From: Gnetum montanum
Taxonomy: Eukaryota; Plantae; Gnetophyta
Length of the DNA stretch: 64,000 nucleotides
Direction of reading: 5' to 3'
Assembly (NCBI GenBank): GCA_015680685.1
Contig: MNCI01001451.1
Location: 362,723-426,722, forward strand
The notes under the pieces were generated by a model. That model was not told the DNA's origin. It searched no databases and saw only the letters and a program-made list of their open reading frames with translations. A program made the translations under genes and the position numbers. The first letter of the stretch is position 1. Every line of letters starts with the position of its first letter. This document shows positions 47,385-61,038 of this stretch, one piece after another.

Positions 47385-50300
47385 TGATAATAATCCTATG
47401 ATCATTATCTTCCTACTTACAATAGAGAGGTTTAGAATGTATGGTTTAACTCTAAGTAAGATACATGATTATACGATGTTGAATAGCTTTCAAGATACTA
47501 GTATAAAATATAATGAATTGAGTATGAATTTTATTAACTAAGAACAATGTAAACATAAATCTATTCTAGCCAAACAATGATAAATATCCACTCACAACCT
47601 GCTAGATATGCTTTGTGCTAATATAACTATTACTAGGATTAGCAAGTGACTAACTACTAAGCAAATCAAGACTAGCCACTATTGGGTTAAAAAATAATTA
47701 TATTTTTACACTCAAAATTAGTCATACTTATTCTACCAGTTAACTAACAAACATTGAAATGTAAGTAACATAGGAAATATAAATTGCATAGAAAATTAAA
47801 TCTAATCTAGGTGAGATGCTACAATGATGAGAAATAATCTTGATCTTTATTTTTAGTTATGAAATGCATTCAAGTACAATTCACTCAAATAAAGATATTG
47901 TTCAACTATTTATCACCACACAATGGGCATTTAGAACTATTGCTAAGTTCACAACAACAAACTATAAGAGTTTCACTAAGGATTTAACCAAATGTAAGAT
48001 TTGATACAATGGTGATCTCATATTTATAGGCATTATCATGACCCTCTATATCACATCTACATCATTGTATATTGAGCTATAATATCATAGTTAAGCATGA
48101 AAAACTTAATTTATCATATCCCCATCACTTACTAGAAACTTCTTCTCGAGTTAAAATAAAATTAGGATAGAGTGGATATAAGATTGTTGGACTACATAGA
48201 CTTAATAGTATCTTCATATCCACATGATATGGCTAATTTACTATGAATGTTACATCTTTGTTTAGGTAATTCACAAAATTATCATGCAATGCATGATTGA
48301 CACACAAATGACATATTGGATGCATAAAACAAAATAAAACAAATGCCTAATGTAGTTTCTTAAGTTCTTGATGGTTGCAATTCCTCCTTCATTGGCTACT
48401 TCCCTTTGTCATTAGGATTCTTGAACTAGTATTTGCCTATCAAAACTCTTAGCTTTTCTTCCTTTATTCTGGGATCATGAACTACTCATGACACTTTGGC
48501 AATGTTCTCTAGTATTGATATTTTCTAAGGGCATGGTAGCTATGGGAACAACTCATTTGCCTTCATGTACCATGCTACAAATTGGGTTCTTTCTACTTCA
48601 AAAGCCTTGGCCAGTTTTTGCAATTCCTAATAGTCTATTATTTTCTTGGCCAAGTTTGCTTCTACATCTTTTTGAACATAATAATTGATCTTTACCACCT
48701 AAATTTTAGAGTTTGCAATGTGGAATTTCTATTAGGCATTCTTTCTATTAGCAAACTCCTCATATATTGAGTACAATTGTTGTCAATTTTTGTTTAATTC
48801 TATCCTTCACCTACCTATTATTAACATGGCTGATTTGGCATAACATAGATTTTTCAACTTCATGTACTTTGTTAAGTCTTGAATCAACAACTCTTTATTT
48901 TTTAGCTCTACTTGATGAACCGAGCTAAGACTATCTAAGATCAACTACTAGTCAAATAACTACTATGTGACTGAATTAAGCTTGGCTTTAGTCATATAGA
49001 TTTTCTTCTTATTAATTTACTTATACATTCCTATTTAATCTTTGAAGTGTTCCTTGAGCTTCTTGTGCTTTCTTTCCTTATTTTTCCACACACTGATTTT
49101 AATGGACTTCTATTGAACTACACATTAATAAGGTTTTATTTTCTCTAGCCAATTATCTTATATTTAAGATTAATAAGAATTGTGGTTTTTCCTATTTTCT
49201 TCTCCTTAGATCTTTTTTGGATCTTCAAGAATAGTAGAAAAGCTAAGTTTTCTTGAAATTTCCCTATTAAGATAACACTTCCTCTAGTAGCATAAGTTGA
49301 AATTTTGTTCAACATCTTCATAGGGAAAATATGATATATCCCTATCTTAAAATAAATTTTCTTAGTAGTGGTTAGCCCATTGTATTCCTTTTTAGTTGTC
49401 TCATAAGCTCTTTGCAACCCTAGATTTCTTACATCAGTTTTGGACCTTATAAAAATTTGAGCAAAGTTGGCTCTAACATTTGGTAAATTAAGAGCTTTAA
49501 CAATAGCATACATTGAATAAGGCATTGTAATGCTTTCAATCTTTACAATTGCACCATCTTGCTGATTATTTCAAAATTAGTAGGTCTTGCCCAAAAATCA
49601 TTTACTATTGTTGGAGATCATGGGCCGAAAGGGTGATGCTTTCAATTTTTCCTACACCTCTACAAGTGCAAACTTCATGAATGGACCAAAGTTAAGTTCC
49701 ACAATGATAGTGGACATGATTGATTTGTTATTTATGGCCTAGAGGCAATCATCTATAAGTCTTAAGCATTAGCTTGTTTCCAAAGCAAGTGGTAGTTTGA
49801 TAGTTTCTACTTGTGCAAACTATCATATTACTGGTGTAGACAACTAGATGGAGTTGGATTTTGCTTTTTGCTTCGCAACAAGAGTTTGATATTCCTCTTG
49901 TCCTCTACCCCTTCCTCTGTGTCTTTTCTCCCTTAGCTTTAGGTACCTTCTTTGAAGACATCTACAATCATAAGAAATTTTAGTATTATCCAAAAATTCT
50001 TAACAATTTATAACCTCTCATTGAATTTTGGATTTCAATAAAAAATTCAAAGAATAATCAATTTCATTTTTAATCTAGATTACAATGTTATGAACTCATC
50101 AAATTTGAGAAAATCCCCAATTTTGGAAAAACCCTTCCTTTGAATATTTTTCAAGTAATTAAAATATTTACAAAATCAATAACCTATCTCTTATCCATAA
50201 TTTATCACTGAGAAATTACAAAATGTTCCTTACAATAGATTTTGAAATTTGTTGGCTTAGATCAGATTCAAAAAGTTTATTATTATTCATCATATTTAGG

Positions 50301-51900
50301 AAAGTACTATTATCTTTAATTAATAATTTAGGTGTTAGCAAAAATTTTCATCCATTCCCCCCACCACCCACTAGGTAATAGAAATGCTTACTCTAAGACC
50401 TAAATAAATCAAAAATGATGCAAATCGAATGTATGGTAAGGAAGATAGGGAATTTAGAAGATGTTCTAGTAGAAAATGGCATAAAAGTCCCTTGCATTAT
50501 AAGTTTGAAATGAAACATTTGCTAACAATTAGCACCTATATATAGTTTTTTTATAAGGGCGATATCATATGTACAATTTCAACTTTGAAATTTTCAAAAA
50601 TTTTGACCATTTTGGTGAAAAAAAGTCAATAAATTGGATAGCATGGAAGGAACTAAGGCTATCTAAAAGATGCCTAGTCATGAGTGATGCTTAAAATAAT
50701 CCAAATTACCATAAATATGGTGATAGGTAAGAAGTTTGGGTAAGGTAGCGTATTAATGACCAAGAAGTAATTATGTGAAAATTTAGTGAGTATATAAATA
50801 TATAGGAGTGTGTAGGGAAGTGATGGCATTAGTAAAGGACATAGGATTGTATAAGATGATGTGAAATTGAATGCAAAGTATGAAATACAAGAGTTATACA
50901 AATGGATTCCCCCAAAAGTAAGTTCTTGCCCTTAATGTCCTTGTATAACCACACCTACAAGTGCTCCTATGTACTCAAGGAGTTGAATGTAAATCATACC
51001 TGTCTTTCAATACATACATGTTAGTATTTCCTCAATAAGAAAATAACAATATGTTATAAAAAGTCATCAAATTATAATTATATATAATAGTGAAGTGAAA
51101 TGAGAATAGTAGAGATTGTAGAAAATGAGACGTGAGGTGTGACCATAATGAATAATATGTGTAATGCATGGTTAAAGAGATCACTTCCCTATCCATCCAA
51201 GTTTCAAGCCAAGTCTATACCACTTACTAATAACATCACATTGTATCATCCCAAAACTTACAACCATAAGATCCTCACAAGTGTAGGAAATATCATTGCT
51301 CGATAATGGAGAACAATAAAGTAGTTAATTAATTTTTTAGTTAATGTCTATGGAAACTTAGCCATTGGTTAGAGAAGTATCTTCAAGCATGGATACCTTG
51401 TCTTTGTAATTCATAACCAATGCCAATCCCACTTGAGGAGTGCCTTCTGGCATGGATAACATGTCTTTCCAACCATATAATGGGAGTAGTCCAAAAGGCT
51501 ATTTTAGATTCCTAAGAAGTAGCCTACCTTTAGGCATAGGTAACACATATTTCTAGTGGTACCCCAAGAATGCTTATTGTGTGAATTTATTATGTAATGT
51601 ATCAACATTACAAGAGGACTACCTTCATGTGTGGGTAACATGGCCTAGGTTATAGTAGAGGATTCTATCTCCTAGTCTAACAAAAACTTATCTAATCCTA
51701 GTATTATGATGACATTTGGCATACTTCTTATGAATCTCATTACACATCTGGGCAACTAATTGATTTTTGTCTAACAGGTTAAGGTTTATTAGTCATTTCT
51801 TCTAGGTGAATTCTACATTTAAGTCAAGTGAGCAAGTGCTGATCATCTCAATTTTGCCTGTAAGATAAATTCAATTTGCTAATTGTTTTACTTAATTCAA
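47385..51900 (-). mobile_element. 3' remnant of a diverged Athila-like element (non-coding region, env-like ORF ~48350-49961, PPT, LTR ~47385-48117)
   Basis: The minus-strand peptide ELNFGPFMKFALVEV...NNQQDGAIVKIESITMPYSMYAIVKALNL...IYFKIGIYHIFPM is homologous to the 11215-14000 ORF. PPT-like tgatggggata|tgata near 48117-48128. Boundaries approximate. Confidence 0.65.
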
Positions 51901-52291
51901 TTTTAACATTCTAACTTTCAAATTTATTCCTTAATATCATATATTTCCCTTAAAGTTTGAAGACAAATTCATTCAAAGCAAAACCCAAAAAGAATCATGT
52001 CAGAGGTAGACAAAGCCTTTCCATGATAGTGTAACCCAACATTAGTTGCAAAGTAAGGCCCACTTTAAGTGTGCATGGTGGCTATAAGGTGTAATGATCT
52101 AGTGTACAATTTCATAATGCTCCACAATTTTGTAATGTCCTAATAATTGTCTCACTAGTGTAGAATTTTCTAGTCACTTTTGGTATAGCTAGTAATGAAA
52201 GTCCCTTAGCATTTGCTTTGTTCTCTTTTTAAAATATAAATGTGTATCCAAACTTTAAGCGATTTATTATAAAAAAATATAAATGGGTTGT

Positions 52292-52991
52292 TGATGTGAT
52301 CACTGCCATCCTATTGCCCAAAGGCCATGACCTATGATGCCCAAAGGCCATGACCTATGGGGAGAGAGGCACCTTCCACTTTTTACCTGTAGCAACTTTC
52401 ATCTTTGCTTGTGGCTTTTGTTATAACACCCATTGTAAGTGGCTTTGTGTTTGCTATGATATTTGTAAGCAGCTTGTAACCATTTCATTTGTAAGTTTGT
52501 TGCACCGCACCATCACACTTCATGGCATAGCCTTCGGCTTCAAGGTTCCATCATCCTACGACCTTGAAAATTGAGCTTGTCCATGAGCTTTGAGACCAAG
52601 CTGTACTAATAACCTTGACTGCTGGGCCTATCTTTGAATTTTGAACTTGAGTTACACTACCAAGGATCTACCAAAGCTTTGATACCATTTGATGTAGTTG
52701 GTGCCATCCTTGTTGCCCAAAGGCCATGACCTAAGGAGCTAGAGGCACCTTTCATGTTTTACTTTCAATTCTCTTTGTTCTTTAGGTTCTTGTGGGATTT
52801 CAATTTGTGGAGCAACTTTCATCTTTACCCATGGCTTTTGTTGTAACACCCATTGCAAGCCGGTATGGGTTTGCTATGGCATTTGTAAGTTAGTACATTA
52901 TAACAGCTCCTTCTACACACCACACCATCATAGTTCCTAGTCATTGGTCACCATCTTTGTGGCCTTGCCTTCAACCTTCAAGGTCCCATCA
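52292..52991 (-). mobile_element. TRIM (terminal-repeat retrotransposon in miniature)
   Basis: Direct repeats 52292-52553 and 52690-52991 (TGATG...CATCA). tRNA-iMet PBS tggtatcaaagc at 52676-52687 (-). Non-coding interior of ~136 bp. TSD gttgt/attgt. Confidence 0.85.
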
Positions 52992-53030
52992 ATTGTATAA
53001 TATTGAAATTTGAAATTTGTTACCCATATA

Positions 53031-53196
53031 GGGAGGCATGGTGTGGATGTTGAAACGTCAACATAATTGTAATATTGGTTGATCCCAAGATATATAGTCC
53101 AATTAGAACTTTATAACTTAGCATTCCTCAACATAATTAAACCTATGACTTGGATCTTTCAAATCAAAAATCTTACTAGTAGGATAACACTCATTA
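53031..53196 (-). mobile_element. SINE-like insertion with a 14-bp TSD
   Basis: ttgttacccatata at both 53017-53030 and 53197-53210; decayed tRNA-like head on the - strand. Confidence 0.7.
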
Positions 53197-54161
53197 TTGT
53201 TACCCATATAAATGGTAAATTCAACTAAACAAGTAACAATCTTAAGTTGTATTATAAAGAAAATGGTAAACAAGACTGAAATTTAACTAAAGTTAAAACG
53301 AATATGTTTTACATTCCAACAAAACTTTACAAAAAACAACGTTACATTCAACAAAACTTTACATTCCAATCGTGGAAATGCGTTACATTTTCACCCAACT
53401 TACCAGAAAACAATGAATTCAGTCGTCGAAAGGAATAATTAAGGGCAAAACTGAACCATGTGTGTGTGAAATGTAAATTAAAACGAGAACATAAACAGCC
53501 ATGCGTCTATGTCTGCCCGTAAGAGCGGTGTGATAATCTCCGACAGTTACAAACCCTTGGTTTTATCGGGTTCCCCTGGCAGGTTCAGGAATAGTTTCGA
53601 ACTAGATTGGTTAATGAATTATATTCTGCGAGGAAGAATTGGCATTTTAATTTCTTGTTTCGAACCTGGCTTGTGCTCCAAGAACTTCCATACACATGAC
53701 GGTTTTCTGATTCACGGTTACGTAGAGAAAGCTCACAGCATTAGCACAGCCAAGTGAGTTGATTTTTTATTATTTGTTCTCTAATTTTTAAAATGTCATT
53801 CTGGCAATATATATTGAAATGGCTGCACGGAGTTTGAATTTCCGGTAGAGATGTATGAGGTTAGCGGGTTATTTGACGATGTATTTGAAAGGAATTCTCA
53901 AGGAACGAATGGAACATTTTGCAAACTCAGCATTGAAAATATTTAAAGATGTTAATGAAGAGCTTGACCCATATTAATTTGGTCTAAGGAGTATCTTACA
54001 TGAAAACTATTGATGTATGCATGTGTTCACTAATTCCAGCGATTGATGATTATTCCCTGTCACTCTTGTTTGTTCAATGTATAAAGTTTAGTATACTTTT
54101 CAGCCTGCAATTTCAATCTTCTAATATTTATCCTTGGTATTGGTTCCAGATATTGTTCATA

Positions 54162-57100
54162 ATGCTCATTGTGCGGCAGCTTCCATCTTTTTCTGTAACC
54201 TATAGAAGATCAGTATTTGTGAAGCAACACAGGAAGGACAGGATGCAACTATCATGCTTTTGCTCCTCACAGCTTTGTGCAAGTAGTTCTGAAAATAACA
54301 ATCCAAAACCTTGGCTGTTAGTGGGCTTGGGAAACCCAGGAAAGAAGTACCAAGGCACAAGGCATAATGTATGCATCGTGTATTGTGTCTACAAAAATAA
54401 ATAAATAATATTTGCCTTTTGGCCTAAGGTATAAATAAATAATGTTCTTGACCTAAGCTAGAAGCTAAAGTTTGACTCAAAAATTTCATTCTGTTCACCA
54501 GGTGGGCTTTGACATGATCGATTATATAGCAAAAGCTGAAGGCATCTCTTTCAATGCCATTCAATCAAAAGCGCTAATTGGAAAAGGCAATTCCTTGTCC
54601 CTAGATTTCATTTAAATTAGCTCAAAATTTGACCTGGGAAAAACGTTTCGTTTAAATGATGAAACTGAAATGGTATTTTAATTATGTCTGTATAGCTCCC
54701 TAGGAAATTCAGTGAACAATGTTATTTGCAGACAGTATAATGAATTTCAGATGTATCATAATCTTTATATAATTTGATATAGTGTTTCTTACGGCCTTGC
54801 ATATTATGTTACAGGAAACATTGGGAATACACCTGTTCTTATTGCAAAGCCCCAAACATTTATGAACTTGAGTGGTGAAGCTGTAAGTATCCATTTTTTA
54901 CTCTTACAATTGTCACTCTTGGGAAATTTTATTTTGCCAGGTTTTTAATGTAAGTATATTTTTGAAAACCTGATGCTACTTCTAATTAGTGAATCTCACT
55001 TGGAGCATTTTGTCTGAGCCGCAGCTGGTCTTGAGCATCAGTATATGAATTTGAAAGTATCTTTGGAAGTTTGCGCTTCAAATTTTTTGGGTGACCATAA
55101 GAAATTTGCCATCTTAGAAATTTTTCTAGTTTCCCAACCACCGATCTCTATATGTTACAGATAACTGATTTTTCCAATTGACAAAGCCTTGCAGAAATTA
55201 TTTTTCAACACATAAGATATTCTCATCTTGTAATGAACCCCCCTGCAAAAAAAAAAAAAAACAAAAACATTATCACTGTATTCCTTTATCTCATACTTCC
55301 CTTTCGAAAACATTCTGGCTCAGCAAATGCACAATGAACATTTTACTTATAGATTAATGTCCCATAACTACTTAAACATATAACTTAGGGAACTATTTGT
55401 TATAATCAGATCTGAAAACACACTACAAATGCTCTAGAGAAATTATTAGAACCCTACAGATCTGAATAAATCATTAGAGGCAAAATATTGTGCTGTAGCA
55501 GGTCAAGAAACACTATAAATCTCTCTCAAAACGTTCTAAACTCTAGCAAACATTTGCTGTGATAACAAAATGAAAGCAGAATGAAAACAGTAAAAATAGC
55601 ACAAGAACACAGAGAGTTATGTGGTTTGGGCCCTTTTTACCCTACTTACACAACAATGCTGATCTACCTTCTATTTTTCTCAAATCTTCAGGACACAAGC
55701 TGTCCTTGTAACTTTTCCAAACACCCCATTTGTTATTCCAACAGATCTCAGATCAACACCAACAAGACTCACGTCTCCAAGGTAAAACCTTGATACAATG
55801 CTTTTACTTCAAAGCACACCCTAAAGGCTACCCCAAGCCTTCTATTTATGAAGAAACATGAGGACCAAAACCCCAATCCTGATACATGTGGGATAAAACA
55901 CCAAGCCTCCTATTTATGAGGAAACATGAGGACCAAACCCCAATCCTAATACATGTGGGATAAAACACATCCCCACATCAAATGCAACATAAAAGGAAAT
56001 ACAACGATTACTGTATTTGTCTTCATTTTTCCAACACTAGTTATGAAATACAACCCTGGCTTTCCACCAATGATGAATTTGCAAACAGGACTGTATCACT
56101 TAGCAGTTCTTTAGACCATCATCTTATCCAACATATTTGCCTTATAACTTTTAGGTTGGATATAGTATTTTGATGTTCTAGAGAAAGAGAATAGACATCA
56201 ATTATATCATAAATTCATAACTAGTGACAAACAAGTGTTGCACTTTCCATTAAGGGGATGTCACTGCCTAATTATTGGAACACAAAAGCATACCCATGGA
56301 GTTCCATTATCAAACTCCAATGGAAAGTGACCGGTTGGCCAATTAACAGACTGAAACAACCTTTGCAGATAGTCTGAGATATTATGAAATAGAGATAAAT
56401 GAAATGAAACTTAGTTGTTTGTGAACAAAATTTCTGGTTTTTGATTCATGAGAAATATACACATGTTGGATCATTGTTTTCAACAGAAGGGTCATGCATG
56501 TGACTTGGCATTTTCGTTGGCAGTAGTAATTGTTTGTGTTGACATGGCTAGACAAGGTAATTTGTTAGAGTTTTGTTTTACGTCACTTGACAACTCTAAT
56601 ATACCTAAGGATCTTGTGGTTAGGCATATAGCAAGTTGACTAATTAACTTAATCCCAACTTAACTTGGTATCACTATTTTGATATAATTTGTAATCATAA
56701 TCTGAATACATTGCAATCTTGATTTGTAACTTGATCATTGTTGGTCTTATGATGGAGATCATAGTCATCCCTAGTCAACTGTTTGATATGAACTCTGCGT
56801 ACTAACATGGTTATGCTATGTAGCAACTATCTTTACTCCAATGAAGCCTCCTAGGTGATCTTCTATTCCTGTCTAGGAAACTAGATCAAGCTTATGATTG
56901 GCACCTACTGTGATCTTTGGTTCTTCTGTACGAAATTGGATTTCGACTCATTTCTAAGTCATACTTGGCACCTTTACTTCTCTGGTAAAGGATGCTTGAT
57001 GATACCTTCAATTCTTTAGTTTTAAAGTTTGTCAATTGTTACGGTGATTATTCATCGTAACTTACTTTTGGTTTATGATGTTTAAAGATAATTTCTATTT

Positions 57101-60062
57101 AACTTTTTTTTGCTTCTTCTTCATTGTCATAGAAGGTTCTTCTTTTATTTAGTTGTTGGTCTTATTTGGAAATCTTTTCTTCAAATCTTAATCTCACTCT
57201 TTTATGTATATCTACTACACACACTATCTTCTTCATCATGGTGTCTTATATCCTTATGATATGGTTATGACTCTTCATAATTGAAGGATGTGTCCTTATG
57301 AAGTGTCTCAAACTCCTTTATTAACTGTCATGTCTTTCTTAGCTTGATTACAAAACTAATGATTGTACCTTCATTCGTGCTTAAGGTTTAACATAATTTA
57401 ATGGCATGCATGTATTTATTTTTCTTTAAAACAGTGTAGGTTTTCATGTTGCTGGCAATCCAGAGTAATGAGAATGCTGTTGTCATTGACATGTTTCACC
57501 ATGGAAGAAGTTGACAGCAACAGGCCTGTGGTAGTAGTGGGTGAAATGATAAAATCATGTTGCCAGTACCATTACAATGATTAGCTTTGTGTCCCAGCAC
57601 ACATCCAGAAACAATAAAAATATAGACAATATTAGAGTATATCTACGATGAGCATGTCCAATCATTAGCTTCTTATGAAGATACGTAACCCATGCAAGAA
57701 CTATTTCTAATAGTTTTACCTGAAAGGTTATCAAAAGTCAAAGATCGTGAATTATTAAGTCATGATGGTTTGAAAAGGATTTAAAGTGTGAATCCAATAA
57801 CCAATGAGGGACATGAATTAAGAAAATGGATCCATAAGAAGACTTAATGATAAGTGGAGCACAAAAGAAGGTTAACCATGAATTGCCAAGACAGCAGAAG
57901 CAGACATGTGCTGACTGACAAATGTTATCAGAGTTTATGGAGTGTAGCTCTGACTCAATTCATGAACTACGACTTTAACAGCTAGGAGTCAGGATGACTA
58001 TTAAGCTGCAATCCGAAACAAGTTGGCAAATGGAGACAAAAAGAAGGTATTCAAAAGAGCCAAATCAAACACGTAGGACCAACGTGAAAAATCTTTGCCG
58101 TAGAGCATTTGTGAGCTAAAGTTTCACGAAGGATGTTCAAAACCCATTTAAGAAATATTAGTTGTATTATGTTAACTTTTGTGAATTCCTAAACTTGATC
58201 TTGGTATATTAAAGTTGCCATTAAGATGTAAAACCAAATTTTAACAGACAAGTTTGTTCTGATATGAGTTTTAGACTGGATAAATTTTTAGTGAGAATTT
58301 TCAAAGCTTTTAGGTTAAATAAAAAAAAAAAAACTGAGAATTTGGGAAGACATAAAACCGCAAACTCAATGGACAAAGAATACCCAGAAGCTTCTAAGTA
58401 GATTCTCAATCCTATAGTTTTAATTGATTGTAATTATCCTGATTTTCTGAAGACTTTTTGGATGACTAAAGTTAAAATGACAGAAAATGAATTTTGTATA
58501 CCAAGGATGACAGGATATTATCATCTTTTTGTCAACAAAAATTAATTCAGCCTGATTTTATGCACGTCAATTCTTAATGAAATGAAAAATTGTCAAATCA
58601 AGGGGATATATTTAGAATTGAGTGAAGAAGAGGCAACGAGTGAGGTCTTCATTCTTCTACCTGACCATGAAAGGTTTCTGATTTATATGCAGCTAATCAT
58701 TCATATATTTGCTTTTGAATGAAATTAAAAGGAGGGATAAAAGATAGGCTATTGAGCTATACACTGGCATTAAGGGAAGCGGGAAGAGATTCCATTGTTG
58801 TAATCCCCTAACAATGAAGACACAATGCCTTTTATTCAAGTGGCTCTCCAAACAGGGGTTAGAACAGTAAGGCATCAAAGGTGGATTTTCTAGGGTTCTT
58901 AACACTACAAAAGGGATTCAATTCACTTTGCATGCAATTTAACAAATATTAAGAGATAGTCAAAGTAAGGCACCAAAGTGACCTTTGTGTGAACTCTTGA
59001 ATTTTGAAAAGGAAGACAAGCAGGAGATTTGGCACTTAACGAGTCCAAGCAAGAGATGTGACAAGCAAAGAATATGGAATCTATGGAAGACCAACTTCAG
59101 TTCCAGGCAGTATTACCACTTTGGTTAATTTCAATGAACTGATATTATGCTTATTAGAAGACAACAATTTTCTTAGTTCCTGGACTTCTTTATTCATTTG
59201 CCATACAAACACAAGCAGAATTTTCATTTATTTACACAATGCTTCTTGCTATGGACACTTAACTGTTTGGATGTCATGATATTTTATTTGTCAATACCCT
59301 TGTTCCTAGTGAATAATGATGAGAGAAAGACTTTCCTATACTCATATTATGCAGTTGTTCAGTTTTTCTTGTTATTTCTAATTATTAGTTGCAGGTTATC
59401 TTAAAAACTTGACTATTGCTATGCAATCTAGTTTTGATGGAATATGTATTTTTTTGAACTCGTAATGGCAGATAACATGATCCATGATATCTTTAGATAT
59501 AGAACAATATTTCATGTTTTCTTTAATTGTTTGAGATATTAATTTAAAATGACTGACAAGCCTGAGAACATTTCGTCATCCTTACATTGTCTGTTGTATT
59601 CTCTTTTACCTTGAGATTGACATTTTTAGCCTCTGTGGGGCCGTTGTAAACATATCATATTTTACTGTTTACCTGCACATGCATTTGAGTGGACCAAATT
59701 GGTATATCTCTACATGAACTAAAGATATAAAAAACGTGCTATATGCAGATTTGTCTTTATGGCTCTGCCTACTTGGTATTGTAGCTGAGTGTTTCCTTAT
59801 TTGTGTGGAAGGTTGGACCACTGCTTGTTTATTATAAAATACCATTCCAACGCACTCTACTGGTAAGTGTTTTTATTTTCTTTTAAATTTTCATTTCAGT
59901 TTTTATTTTTCGAATGTGAATACTGTTCAAATTATTTCTTGCTTCTCATTTTGTTGTTTGTAATGGGTCTCACTTTTTTGCTTTGTAGATGTTTGATACC
60001 ATGGAGTTGCCATGTGGAGTGCTAAGGTTACGTCCAAGGGGTGGGCATGGACGGCATATGGG
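54162..60062 (+). CDS. PTH: Organellar peptidyl-tRNA hydrolase / CRS2-family protein (5' part; continues beyond the window)
   Basis: Exons at 54162-54368, 54502-54586, 54815-54882, 59812-59862 and 59989-60062. Translation: transit-peptide-like N-terminus, then [27 protein letters not shown]...[25 protein letters not shown]...[26 protein letters not shown] probable non-coding first exon ends at ~53753 (donor gtgagt), with the acceptor at 54149. Confidence 0.92.
55398..56036 (-). mobile_element. Solo LTR in a PTH intron
   Basis: TGTT...AACA termini; flanks ctatt/ctagt (TSD 4/5); internal ~68-bp tandem duplication at 55833-55968 carrying an ATAAATAG box on the - strand. Confidence 0.7.
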
Positions 60063-60214
60063 GTACAAAATTTCAAAGACTGAATGTCTTTTCATTCTTT
60101 CTTCATAAGATGCTTTTTAAAGGCTGTTTACCTTACTGAAATAAGCTTCCAAAGTTTCATGGAATTTTTTGAAAGTGTACTTTTCCATTTTATTTTCAAC
60201 AATGCATTTGCAAG

Positions 60215-60310
60215 CAAATCATACTTGGTTAGAGAATGTGGATTGGGGTATGCAAGTCCCAGGTTCGATTCCAAGGGTTACGCTGAGACACGTGCCACTT
60301 GGGGGCACAG
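60215..60310 (+). mobile_element. tRNA-derived SINE head in a PTH intron
   Basis: A-box-like acttggttagag and a perfect B-box GGTTCGATTCC at ~60262-60272; no tRNA acceptor stem. Confidence 0.55.
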
Positions 60311-60688
60311 TATAAATATACATTCAGGAACTATGGCACCAGCTAAACAGCCAGCCATAGTATGTCCTTAGTCAATTCATCCACTTACTATACACATGAA
60401 TGTCAAGTGTTACATATATGCTTTATCATTGCACCTAGAAATGGTGGCTGAAGTTAAAATATGTAGAATACAATCAGAGCATTGAAAATTGTTATTGTTT
60501 TATGGTTGATAACCATATGCAAGCTTTTGGATGCTTTGTGAGCTCTTCGTTGACATTTTGATGTACATTTTCTTTTCCAGCTAATGATATCCAGACCTTT
60601 TCTTTCAAGGAAAAAAATTCTTGACCCAATCACCAAACATTAAAATGTAATTTTTTTTTCAGAATTTGCATTGTATTTAAATTTGTAG

Positions 60689-61038
60689 GCATTAACTCTG
60701 CCAATGCTAGTCCCAAGCCTGGATACATAAGGAGGAGGGTTAGTTTTAGGTTGGCAGTTGCGTAAAATCATGTTGAATCTCATGGATGAGTTCTTTTTCA
60801 GATTTTGTAGATGCTAGGGCATTCCCTAGATGCAATGCGTGGTAGTCATAGAGCCTAGTTGCTGTGGAAAATGGGTAAGGGCTTGTGAGAGTATCCTCCA
60901 GATTTAAATGATTAAAGATAATATGAAGAACTTGCAAATAAACAAAGATCTAGTTCTTCATAGAGGTGAATGGTGAAAAAAACCTTATGTATTGGACCTC
61001 ATTTTGTTGGGACAAGGCTAGGATGATGATGATGATTA
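60689..61038 (+). mobile_element. Short internally deleted RTE-derived non-autonomous retroposon
   Basis: RTE 5'-type motif gtcccaagcctggata..aaggaggagggtt joined to an RTE 3' end (...gttgggacaaggctag(gat)n). 10-bp TSD aaatttgtag at 60679-60688 and 61039-61048. Confidence 0.75.

Noticed and set aside
52030-52110. Faint resemblance to 5S rRNA/Cassandra LTR core
   Set aside because: Too few matches, and the nearby TRIM LTRs show no 5S-like boxes.
57447-58537. Possible second solo LTR (TGTTG...CAACA) in the PTH intron
   Set aside because: No matching TSD found for any candidate boundary.
60215-60290. Possible tRNA gene
   Set aside because: B-box present but no cloverleaf or acceptor stem; treated as a SINE.
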